Assembly (NCBI GenBank): GCA_965153355.1
Contig: OZ231126.1
Location: forward strand, 23,622,001-23,686,000
From: Flaccisagitta enflata
Lineage: Eukaryota
DNA length: 64,000 nt
Direction: 5' to 3'
Positions 1 to 11,060 of this stretch are shown here, piece after piece. Numbering within the stretch: the stretch's first letter is position 1; each line of letters begins with the position of its first letter. The position numbers and the translations under genes are program-made. The notes below the pieces were generated by a model. The model was not told the origin of the DNA. It worked only from the letters and a program-made list of their open reading frames with translations, and searched no databases.

Positions 1-1494
1 GAAATTAAGACACTTTAATACCTTCCTCCAGTTTAGGCTGTTATTCCACGAACCCCACTGTATGGTTCATCATTTACAGCCGGAATCTACATTTTGGGAG
101 CGGATTTCGAAAATGCACTTTTTTCACTCGAGCATTTCTGTCTGACTGACGTTCCGACGGATGGACGGATATTCGGACGGACGGACATTCGTATAGCCAC
201 AGCCCTTAGTCCGCGACTTAAGATCTCGAGTGCTTAACGCAGGCTAACCAAGTTGAACTTGGCTTGAATTCCACCATGTCTCTTTTTATCGCTTTGCTAT
301 CTCGTTGCTTTCTTTTCGTCAGCTTCTCTCTTTACAGTTCTTTTTTTTGTCATTTTTCTTCATATCATCCTCTTTTTCGTTTTCCTTCTTTTTCATCATC
401 ATCATCTTTTTCTTCTCCTTCCCTTTCTTCTTTTTCATTCTACCATCACCATCGGTCGTGGCCGTCACCATCATCAGTCACGACCATGATTTCCTTTATT
501 TCCACTTCTCCATTCAGTTGCCTCGTTTTTTCCGTTTCGTTTTTTTCTTCTGTATTTTTTTAAAACTGAATTCTTTTGCAAAAGTCGAGAGAAAAAAAAC
601 TGAACCGTGTCTCCGACTAAACGACAGTTACAATCTCGATGACATTTATATCTTTTAGCAGGATTTTTTTTTTTTCGACCAATTTTTTTTTTTCATATCG
701 TTAAACATGCCGAAAAAAAATCTTTTTCACCATTCACCAACTCTCCGTTTCAACATTGGTAAATTTGAATACAAATATGCTCAATCACTGCATGGCTTAA
801 CTCTAGTTACTCGGAAAAAATGCCACAGCATATAGACCCATACTGGATGATAGTATGGACCCTCCCCATCACATCTATACCAAGAACGAAATGTTCTACT
901 GGGAAATTAGGTCAAAATGGCCCATTATGGCCATTTTTTTGGTCATTTTGGCTTTTTTGGACCTTTTTTTTGTCTGACTGTTTTTTTTTCTCCAAAATTG
1001 ATGTCAATAAGTATCTTTCCTTCCTGTGGGTGAAATCGTGAATCAAAACTGGTCAAATTGACCTAATTTGATCAGATTTAAGGTACTTTCTGGCCTAAAA
1101 TCCATTCTATCTCGTCTCAAGCATTTAGAATGTACATGAAACCTTTTTTTTCTCTGAAGGTATTACCATAGGGTATATTCACACCAAATAAATATAATAT
1201 CGGCCAGAGTTGCCAAATCTCAGGTCAAAATGATCAACCGCGTGCCCTTAATAGACCAACATGAAAAATTCCACCAATTAGCAAAAATCATTTACTGTTG
1301 TTGTTACTAGAGCGCATATCAAGACTCAAGAGACTAATTACAATCACGCCTTACAATGATGCTGCCATATTGCCAGTAAAGAGATAAAGATAATTCTTTT
1401 TAAAGGGACTGTTTAAGGCATGCCGTAATAATGATAGGAGCGCTGTGGCAAGGTTACACTGATATGATTATGATTGTTGGCAATGATAAGTTGT

Positions 1495-1697
1495 TCTTAG
1501 TTGCGTGCTTCGCGACTCTTTAAACCACTTTTCAGTCCGTCAATTGTTTCACCCGTTCACAGGTCAGTTGGTCACATTTGCCCATTTTTGCATCGCAGCT
1601 CCCGCTAAACTGCCTGAGTGGCATACATCATGCATCACTACCCCTGGCCAACCGCACGCGACTATTATTGCCGTTTATCCACTATCCAGCCTTGCTT
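1495..1697 (+). mobile_element. Degenerate Helentron-like non-autonomous element (HINE/DINE-1-like)
   Basis: Starts ttagttgcgtgcttcgcgactct and ends cgcacgcgact...gccgtttatcc...gccttg, matching the family termini seen at 28229-28414. Confidence 0.55.
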
Positions 1698-3072
1698 CTT
1701 GTTTAATGAAATACGTAATTCTCAGTCTCCTCTTTTTCATCAAACAAAATTGGCAAGCAGCCTACAAGCAATACTAGCAATTGTACCCTGAAAATCACTA
1801 CTCATGTATCCATCAAAAAATCTAAAGCGTTTTCATTCACTTGAAATCCAAAACCATTTCATTTACAATCATTTCCACTGGGACAATTCTTTAAATGATA
1901 ACTCAATTTGGCGGCGACTAAAGAATTGTATTTAACTATCCCAAATTCTTCTATTCCTTATTTTATTTATTCTTTTTTATTTCGAGTAAGATCAATAAAA
2001 GATATTGATGTAAGTCTGACTCAGACTGCATGCATATGCGAAAAGTGCGTATGAGCATGCTCGCTCATCTGCGTGGCTGCTATTCAATATTTGAGCTAGT
2101 TCTCATCATACCATTGCTCGTGATTTAACAGTTATTCTGACTATTGCAGCATGCAGTGACTGAGGAGAGTGACCTGTGCTAACGACTTTTATCCACACGG
2201 CGTTAGCCGCCATTACACAATGGTTGTTCGGGTTTTTTTTCTGCAAAAGTTGCTACTCGGGCACATATCGCTCATCCTCTCGGGCAATGTACCATCTTGC
2301 TCAAAAATATCGTCTCAGTAAAACAAGATGTATATTGTTGTTATTTCTCATAAAAACTTAAATATTTCTGCATAAATATTTAGTATAAGCTCTTATTGTA
2401 TCATATACCCTTTTTTACTGAATTGGGAAGATATAGATATAGGATTTATATACAATTTTGTAGAACCGGTTCTTCAAACTTTCCAGCAGTTTTTTTTTCA
2501 TCACTTTCTTACCTATGTATATTCATTTTAAAATGAAATTCAAATAGTTTGTACTAGAAAAATCTGTTTGGCGGTATTCAACAGATCTTTCAAAGTTCTT
2601 TTCAATGGTCACCAATTTTCATATGATTTTACAATAATAAGCCTAAAAAAAATAAAAATCACAAGTCAATATTCTTCTTCTCATTTTTTGCATATTTTCT
2701 GTTTTTTTATGGACATGAACGTGTTAACTCTTTTAGCTCTAAAATCTAGACAAATTGAGCTACTGAGCTCTGCTTGGTGGAATTTTAAAGATTTTTTCTT
2801 GCTTTTTTTAATGGTAACTGATTTCAATGTTTTTTAAATTAGATTAGTCACAAATTAGGCATAAAGGTGAGACGATATTTTTGAGCAAGATGGTACTCAC
2901 ACGATTTGAATTACGTTTATCATAAATGCATGGCCAAGAGACACTGACCGCCTTTTTCCCTATGATAGTAATAAAATCGGCTGGGGAAGTTAATGCTATG
3001 CTTAAAAGTTAGGCGCCAGTGCAGTATGCACCGGGATGAATAGTATACACATGAATACGCTAGGTCAAAATC

Positions 3073-3385
3073 CAGGGGTGTATATTCTTGAGTCGCTTTT
3101 GATTGTTTTCCCCCCCCCCCGCCTTTGATTTTCTTCCCCGCGATGCTTCGCGTCGCGTTTTTATATCCATGTTTTTCTTCCCCATATAGCAATGAAACTA
3201 TGTAGTTATGGCCTAAATAGTGTATTACAAATTGAGTTTTGTGATTTGGTACTGTAAAAAGTTAGATTTTCCCCAAATTTCCTTTTTTTCTCTTTTTTTC
3301 CCCTTTGATTTCCTTCCCCATCTCCAGACCCTTTGATTTCCCCCCCCCACTAGGGGGGGGGGAAACTCAAGAATATACAGGCCTG
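3073..3385. mobile_element. hAT-type MITE
   Basis: TIRs CAGGGGTGTATATTCTTGAGT / ACTCAAGAATATACAGGCCTG flanked by a perfect 8-bp TSD TCAAAATC (3065-3072 and 3386-3393); an 8-bp TSD with CAG termini is typical of hAT. Confidence 0.85.
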
Positions 3386-4054
3386 TCAAAATCTATGCAG
3401 TTCCGACAACTTTCTCTTTTTTTAAGCTGACTAGATGAAATTGTCAATCACTTACATTTTTCAGGGAGAAGAGAGTAAGAGAGAGAGAGAGAGACAAAGA
3501 CAGACAGAGAGACGGAGAGGGAGACACACACAAACACAAAGAGGGACAGTGAAACATTGTGAGACATTGAGAGACGGAGAGAGACAGACAGGTAGATAGA
3601 CAGACAGACAGGTTTATTGACTATTGGCTTGATTGGCGAATCTTGTTTCTAGACTAATAAACTGAAATGGAAAGTATCTAGTTTTTGAAACCGACAATTA
3701 TTTGAAGAACAATGATGATCTACTCCATAACAACAAAATGCACACTAAAATACGAATGATTGGCATTTGACAAATTAACAATTAAGGCTACAACAAAAAA
3801 GATTTATAAAGAAAAAGAAAAAAAACATGGTCAAAACAGTCATAAATCGGTGGAAGGCTAGAACATATAAAACGAGCTACACTTACTAATGTAAAATATT
3901 CAAGAGGATGATTTTTAAGGCATTACACGGAAGTTGAGCGCATTCGGATGATACTTATAAACATTAATGTAAAAACAATTCAAACATTTGATGAAACAAA
4001 TTTTGAGCAGGCTTGAGTTACTAATGACAATGTTACATCATATACCATCGACAT

Positions 4055-7000
4055 TTATTTAAGCATTTCCGCGTGTTCCATGACATGCTGCGAGACTCCG
4101 ACGAGAAATTCGGGACTCAATTTGTCGCATCTTCCCAAAGTCTCGTCGCAGACTTTGCACTTGATGATCAGCTTGTCCCTGCTCAAACTGATGCGCAGCA
4201 ACTCCAAAGTGTTGTCCTCGTCCTCGCTGTCGTAATTTGCCGCAGATGACGACGAAGATGTTGGAGGTGCTGCGGTGTTTTTACGCGGCAATTTTGCCGC
4301 AGGAGGAGGAGGAGGAAGAGGAGAAGCGGGTGGCGAAGGCGTTGGCGGAGGAGTGGCGATCTTGTTGTTGCGGATCACGTCGTCGTCGCACGGAACGATC
4401 GGCACTATCGGCAGCCGATACAGCTTCAAGTCTTGGTTTTCGTAGCTGAGCCACCAGCGCGCCGTCGCGTCGTTGAAGCCTTTGGAATGCGAAGGCTTCA
4501 ATTTCGGATTTAGCATTTTCTGCATTCTTTTGTTTTTGATGTCAGCTTCCCACGGCAGACTGTTGGCGGCGCAGTCCTTGCTGAAATTGACGGAATCTTT
4601 GCTAAAGGAAACGCGACGATTGTTATTCGGCAAAGACTGACGTTTTTTCTTGAGTTGGGAAGTTTTGAGACTGCTCGCTCGGGGGAAGGAGACGTTGGCG
4701 GGTTCCTCGTCGCTTTCCTCGCTGTTGCTGTAATCGTCATCGTCGTCGACCGTAATCTTCCTTGATAGAGTCTTCGCGTGCTTCGATTTAGGATTGATTT
4801 TCGGTAGGCAAGATCGTTGCAACTGATCGACGATGGAGAGTTGTTTTTTGTTGTTTCCCTTTTTGCTGCCAGCCTCGAGTCTAGCGAGTTGCTGCAAAGC
4901 CCTTTCGCGTTCTTCTTCCTTTGACATTTTCGCGACGCCTTTGGTTGGAGATGCTGCAGAAGCTTTGACATTCGTTTGCTTAAATTTCGACTTGTTGGTC
5001 AACACTGGACGTTGATAATTTTTACCGCCGCCGTTACTGCTACCGCGGAATAAATTGTCGCTGAGGCTGCTGTCGCTTTCATTATCCAAGCTACAGGCGA
5101 TTTTATTGGCAGCAGCGCCGATAGCTTTGCCGATAGACGGTCGAGCGTTTCCATCCGAAGATTTCCTTTTTGGTACTTTCAGCTGGTAAGTGTCGTTGAA
5201 AACCTCGGCGTCACTTTCATCCATGCTGTCGTTATCGTCATCATCGTCGTCGTCGTCGTTGTCCATGGGACTCGCTGGTTGAATTGCCTTGAGAATCTTT
5301 TTAGCTTCTTCCTTGATTTTCTTTGGAGATTTCGCGTTTTTGACATTTTTAGGTGACTTGTTGAAAACGATCGGAGTTTTGTTGATTTTAGGTCTCGTTG
5401 ATGTCCCAGACAGAACCATTTTTTTCTCTCGTTTGACTTCACAGTCGTCATCGTCGTCGTCTTCTCTCTTCCTCTTCCTGCTGGGTGTCCGGGAGGATGA
5501 TGCAGCTGCAGCTGATCGTCGCCATTTGCCTTTGATGACGGGAAAGTTCATGACGTTGAAGCCGACAGTTTTTCTTCCTGAGATGGTCGTCAACTCCAAA
5601 GTCTCAGTAGATATCTTTGAGCGGAGTCTGGAGATGCCTGGCGAGGGAGTTGGAGGCTCGTTTATAGAGTGATCCGTATCGGATGACAGCTCCTCCTCTT
5701 CCACCTCTGATGGCTTACTTTTTAATGCAGTGTCTTTTTTGGACATTTCCTCCTCCTCCAAATCGTCATCGACCTCCTCATCATCATCCTCCTCCACTAT
5801 TCTTCTCTCAATTTTGGCCTTCTTTGGCATCTCACCTTCTTCCAACTCGTCCTCTTCATCATCTTCCTCTTGTTCAATTTCTTTTCCCTTTTGCAACTTT
5901 TGCGAAATCTTTCCATCTTCCAACCCTTCATCTTCCTCTTCCTCTTCCTCAATCGCATTTTTCTCAACCTTTGCTTTCTTTCTTGGCACTTCTCCTTCCT
6001 CCAGCTCATCTTCATCCTCCTCCTCTTCTTCTTCTTCCAAGTCCTTTTCTATCTTGGCCTTTCTCGCCGGAGATCTCTCCTCCATTTCTTCCTCCTCTTC
6101 TTCCTCATCAACCTCCTCTTCATCTTCCTCCTCTTCGTCTTCTTCATCATCGCTGTAGGTCAGCTCACGACACATGGACACTTCCTTCTTGATCTCCACT
6201 TTGGGCTTCTTGACAAACTTATGGGCGTCTTCCGGTCTGTGTTCTCCGGAGCGCTTCCCAATGACGTTCCACGCCTTCGTAGATTGACCCGCCGCTTGGC
6301 TTTCTTTTTGCGACTTCCTTTTGCTACTTTTAGCGTCCAAATTTTTGACGACTTCTTTTTTGATGGCGACAGCATTGGTCGAATCTTTGGTCGCAGAGTT
6401 GGTTGTAGTTTTAGTTGCCGCTTTTGTCGCCTTCTTGGCAGATTTTTTTTTGCTCTCGGCTTCAAGTCTCGCGAGTTGCTGCAGAGCCCTTTCTCGCTCC
6501 TCTTCCTTTGACATATTTAAAGCTCCTTTTGACGATGATGAAGATGCTGTAGTTGCGGCAGTTGCGGCAGCCTTCGGTTTTGGCAGACTTTTTCCAAAAG
6601 CGAGACTCTCGGGCGACTTCTTGCTGATGATGAAGGCGTTGTTTGAAACCGAAGAAACGCGCTGATGCTGCAGCTGTTTTGGTTTTTTGTTTGCGGAAGA
6701 AGATGCTGCAGTTTCTGCGGTCGAGTTAGCTTCTTCATCGGTGACAGACTGCGTTGATGTCTGTGAAGGCCCATTGGCGGTAGATGATGATGACGCCGCA
6801 GTGTTTCCCACTTCTTTGGCTAGCGTAGCTGGTCCTTGCGCTTTTGCTGCAGCTTTACCCGATTGTTTCTCCGCGTCGTCCTCCGTCTCTGAATCATGCG
6901 GCGATGAAGATGGTGTGACGTAAGGTGACGAATCTGGCGAAGTTGTTGAGGGCTTCTTCGTTGACGCGGGTGGCTTCGACGGCTTTGGCTGCGGCTTGAC

Positions 7001-7435
7001 ATCAGCTGAAGGAGCCTTGGCCGCGGAAGCTTTGGTCGTGGGGGTTCTGCCTTTGCCTTTAGCTTTAGCCTCCAGTTTGGCCTTAACCTGTTCGACGGTA
7101 ATGCCCTCCAGTCTGGCCAATTGCTGCAGCGCCTTCTCGCGTTCCTCTTCCTTCGTCATCGACGGAGGCTTGGAGCCGCCTTTGGATGATGCGGTCGACG
7201 ACATGGTCGAAGGTGCCGTCGAAGTCTTGCTTGGGATGTTGAGATTCACAGTTTCGTCGCTGTTGTTATTTGTTTTAGCACTGTGGTTTTCTTCCTTTGA
7301 ATTCGATTTCTTGAAAAATGTGTTGATTCTGAGTTGATTTGCAAATGTATCGATCTTTTCCTTCTTAACAGACGCAGCACTCATGTTGGCTAAAGGCTTT
7401 GTTGAGCTGAAATACAAATGGACTAGTCGATGCAA
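4055..7435 (-). CDS. Orphan low-complexity nuclear protein (~1110-1126 aa) with 3x MxKEEERE(R/K)ALQQLARLE repeat, acidic tract and C-terminal CxxC..HxxxH zinc finger
   Basis: Uninterrupted 3.4-kb ORF. Repeat copies differ mostly at synonymous sites. AATAAA overlaps the stop. The likely true start is the AAC-ATG at 7384, just downstream of an acceptor-like ttgtatttcAG (7407-7408). Confidence 0.8.
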   Translation of the reverse strand: MHRLVHLYFSSTKPLANMSAASVKKEKIDTFANQLRINTFFKKSNSKEENHSAKTNNNSDETVNLNIPSKTSTAPSTMSSTASSKGGSKPPSMTKEEEREKALQQLARLEGITVEQVKAKLEAKAKGKGRTPTTKASAAKAPSADVKPQPKPSKPPASTKKPSTTSPDSSPYVTPSSSPHDSETEDDAEKQSGKAAAKAQGPATLAKEVGNTAASSSSTANGPSQTSTQSVTDEEANSTAETAASSSANKKPKQLQHQRVSSVSNNAFIISKKSPESLAFGKSLPKPKAAATAATTASSSSSKGALNMSKEEERERALQQLARLEAESKKKSAKKATKAATKTTTNSATKDSTNAVAIKKEVVKNLDAKSSKRKSQKESQAAGQSTKAWNVIGKRSGEHRPEDAHKFVKKPKVEIKKEVSMCRELTYSDDEEDEEEEDEEEVDEEEEEEEMEERSPARKAKIEKDLEEEEEEEDEDELEEGEVPRKKAKVEKNAIEEEEEEDEGLEDGKISQKLQKGKEIEQEEDDEEDELEEGEMPKKAKIERRIVEEDDDEEVDDDLEEEEMSKKDTALKSKPSEVEEEELSSDTDHSINEPPTPSPGISRLRSKISTETLELTTISGRKTVGFNVMNFPVIKGKWRRSAAAASSSRTPSRKRKREDDDDDDCEVKREKKMVLSGTSTRPKINKTPIVFNKSPKNVKNAKSPKKIKEEAKKILKAIQPASPMDNDDDDDDDDNDSMDESDAEVFNDTYQLKVPKRKSSDGNARPSIGKAIGAAANKIACSLDNESDSSLSDNLFRGSSNGGGKNYQRPVLTNKSKFKQTNVKASAASPTKGVAKMSKEEERERALQQLARLEAGSKKGNNKKQLSIVDQLQRSCLPKINPKSKHAKTLSRKITVDDDDDYSNSEESDEEPANVSFPRASSLKTSQLKKKRQSLPNNNRRVSFSKDSVNFSKDCAANSLPWEADIKNKRMQKMLNPKLKPSHSKGFNDATARWWLSYENQDLKLYRLPIVPIVPCDDDVIRNNKIATPPPTPSPPASPLPPPPPAAKLPRKNTAAPPTSSSSSAANYDSEDEDNTLELLRISLSRDKLIIKCKVCDETLGRCDKLSPEFLVGVSQHVMEHAEMLK

Positions 7436-7910
7436 CAGTTACTCTCTCCTAAAGGGAAATTCGGCTTCTTTACTTGTTTGTTTGTTTGTTTGTTTTTAAT
7501 CAACGGCGATGAATATGAGGTTGATACGGTTCAAAATCAGTAAAAAAGATGAAACAGTTTCCATGAAGCAATGGCGTAAACAGAATTCAATCTCGTTTGT
7601 TGTAGTAAAGAGTTCGGAGAAGGTGTGGTAAATGCCGGAGAGTAGCACGTTCGCCTGTTTGTTGAGATGAAAGTGAGAAATGGGAAAGATTACGGTTTCT
7701 TGGCTTTTATCTCATACGCAAACTGAAGCCCTCTTGGGCCAGTCTGAGTCAGTGGAGGACGCATAGGCCAAAAAAGTCGTTACCCCGACAGGATTGACTG
7801 TCGTCTCGAAATCCAGTCAGTAACAATGACACAAAAACAATCAACCCCCTAAAACTCTGTGAGATTGAGACAGTCGGAACCCCTAAAACAACCCTCAGTT
7901 CTCTTATCAC

Positions 7911-7942
<32 letters not shown>

Positions 7943-8417
7943 TCAACAGAAGTCGAGCATCGAGAACTGAAGTTTGAACCCGCATGCCCCGGGGAAATAT
8001 GCCAGATGATGGCGGTAGAATGATTTTGCCTTATTTGATGTTTTTTATTGTTGTGTTTTTCTTGCTTTAAAATCAAATCGTAAAATTTACGTTGATATAT
8101 TTATATTTTTTAAAGAATTCTTTTTTAGTCGCGTGCACGCGACTCTATGACCTACTCTGTCCGTCTTTTGTTTGGTTGGTTCGTCCGTCTGTTACGCTTA
8201 ACTTTTCATCGTTTTAAGTCATTTTTGGTCATTTTAAGTCATTTCAAGTTACATTTGATCTTTTAGTCCATTGGTGTTTTAGTCTTTTAGTCTTTTAGTC
8301 TTTTAGTCTTAACAACTGCATGCAACTTTAAGTGCGTCCTCCCACTTCTAGAAGATGTCATGTCCGTCGGTTGGTTGGTTGGTTGTTCAGGTACGCAAAC
8401 ATTTGAAATGTGCAAAC

Positions 8418-8718
<301 letters not shown>

Positions 8719-9929
8719 AAGGATTTTTTTTCTATCATTACAATGAATCCCATTTCTTTCCAACATCATCTGACATTCGAGCCAAAACTTCTAAAACTGA
8801 GTTTTCTCGAGCAGCCGACACCGACACTCTTGAAGTCAAAACTGAATCATCTATAAGACCCAATGATAATGAATGAGAAAGGAGGGAAAAGTTAAATCGC
8901 ATCAGTAGCAACCAATTCAACAGGTGATAAACAGACAGACCAACCAACGTCGCGATGAAGCAGCTTTTAAAGTAGGTCTGACGAGTTCTTGTTGATGGGC
9001 ATGAACAGAGATTGTTAAAGATAGAGATTGGTTAAAAGAGATTGTTAAAAAGAAAGAAAAAACTAACGGGAAATGGCAATCCAAACCAACGACGAGTGGA
9101 CAGACCGATTGAGCGAAGGGGCTTCCTGATCAACTCATAGAAAAACAACGCCAACACCTTTAAGTCGCGTGCGGGACATAAATAACTTAGGATGGCATAA
9201 ATTGACTTTAAATGATTCAAGATGACTTTAAATGACTTAAAAAGACATAAAATGATGTAAGAAGACATAAAATGATGTAAGAAGACATAAAATGATGTTA
9301 AATGACTTAAATGACTAAATTGACCTGATTAACTTAAGTGACTCAATATAACTTAATACACGCTCTTGACTGAGTTAACTTAAGTGACTCAATATAACTC
9401 AATACACGCTCTTGACTGAGTAACCACGGGTTTTTTTCTTCTGAGGCTCAATGTAGTTATTTGAATGACGATATGAGGCTCAAACCGTTGCTAAAATTTT
9501 TATCTTTAGTCGCGTGCACGCGACTCTATGACCCTTTCTGTCCGTCTATCGGTCGGTCCGTCCGTAACACTTTGCTTTTTTCGTCGTTTTACATCATTTT
9601 AAGTCACCACATTTTACAATTGAATGCAACGGAAAATATGGCGAATCTAAGAGAAAAGTTGTTATTGGTTAGACTTGAGGCTGAAATGTTGTTATATTTT
9701 TGATTTTCTGAGGCTGACGATGTTGCTAGAAATGTTCTTATTTTTGTCCCCAGCGAACAGTTTCATCTGGTGACTATGAGATGGACCCTGATTATTGTAG
9801 TCACATCGTTTGTTCGTTGTTAGTTCGATTAAAACAGCCTCATATCTTTTGAACAGGCTCAGAAGTTAAGTGAAAGCTTTGCCAGTGTTATTTTTATGTG
9901 AATGGAGCTTATTGTACCAATTTTCAAGA

Positions 9930-10470
9930 AAAATTCATTAAACTTTACCACTTTGCCTATTACTTTGTGTAATGTTAGCTGGGACTTAGGTGGTTTACGT
10001 AGGTAGGTAGTAAGGTTTATAATTTTTTTTAATTTATTATACAAGCAGAAGGAAAATAAATTAATAACCCCTGCAAAATTTGAATTAGATCTGAGGTCTG
10101 GTTCCTGAGATAATAACTGATTTATGTAGTAGTATGTTGCTAGGACTTAAAAGCAATTTTACATGGGCAAAAGGTAGTAGGTATGTGGTGCTACAATTTG
10201 GTTACCTTAGTGAGGGTAATGTAAATATTAACCCTGCAAAAATTAATTAAATCTGAAGTCTGGTTTATAAGATATTAGCTTATTTATGTAGTAATATGTT
10301 ACTATGACTTAGGCAGTTTACATAGGCAAAGGGTAGCAAAGTTATGTGAATTTTTTTAATTTGGTATAAAAAGTAAAAGGATGTGTTGGACACCCACATG
10401 AAGTCGAATCAAATCTGAAGTGGTTCATAAGATATTTGCTTATTAATGGTAATATGTACTAGGACTTAGA
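9930..10470. repeat. Diverged ~162-bp tandem repeat
   Basis: ATCTGA(G/A)GT recurs at 10089, 10251 and 10413 with similar flanks. Confidence 0.75.
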
Positions 10471-10554
10471 TTTATATAAAGGATTGGAGTTCTCTTGCCT
10501 GCTCATTTATTACATTCTGATTTTTCTTTAGGTTTGCCGTAAAACAGTTCAAGA

Positions 10555-11060
10555 TTCATCTTCAACAACTGTAATAATCATCAACTACTGTCATCATCAT
10601 TAACTATGCTTCTGTGATCATCTTCAACTACTGTATCATCTTCTTCTGTGATCATCTTCTAATCTTGCTGATGTCTTCAACTGTGTCATCTTGACTATTC
10701 TTCGTCATCTTCAACTACTATCTCATCTCCTTCAACTACTGTCATCATCTTCAGCTACTGTCATCATCTTTAGCTACTGTCATCATCTTCAGCTACTGTC
10801 ATCTTCAACTACTGTCATCATCTTCAACTACTGTCATCATCTTCAACTACTGTCATCATCTTCAACTACTGTCATCATCTTCATCTACTGTCATCATCTT
10901 CATCTACTAAATTTTTTAAAGAAATTTAAAAAAATCTTCAACTTCTGTCATAATCTTCCGCTTCTGTCATCATCTTCATCTACTATCATCATCTTCAAAA
11001 TACTATCATCATCCTCAACTACACTGTCATCATCTTGACTACTGTACTGTCATCTTCAAC
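10555..11060. repeat. ~19-bp minisatellite (TCATCATCTTCAACTACTG)n
   Basis: Directly visible tandem copies. Confidence 0.9.

Noticed and set aside
4237-7337. Plus-strand ORFs overlapping the 1126-aa ORF
   Set aside because: Antisense shadows of a low-complexity coding strand.
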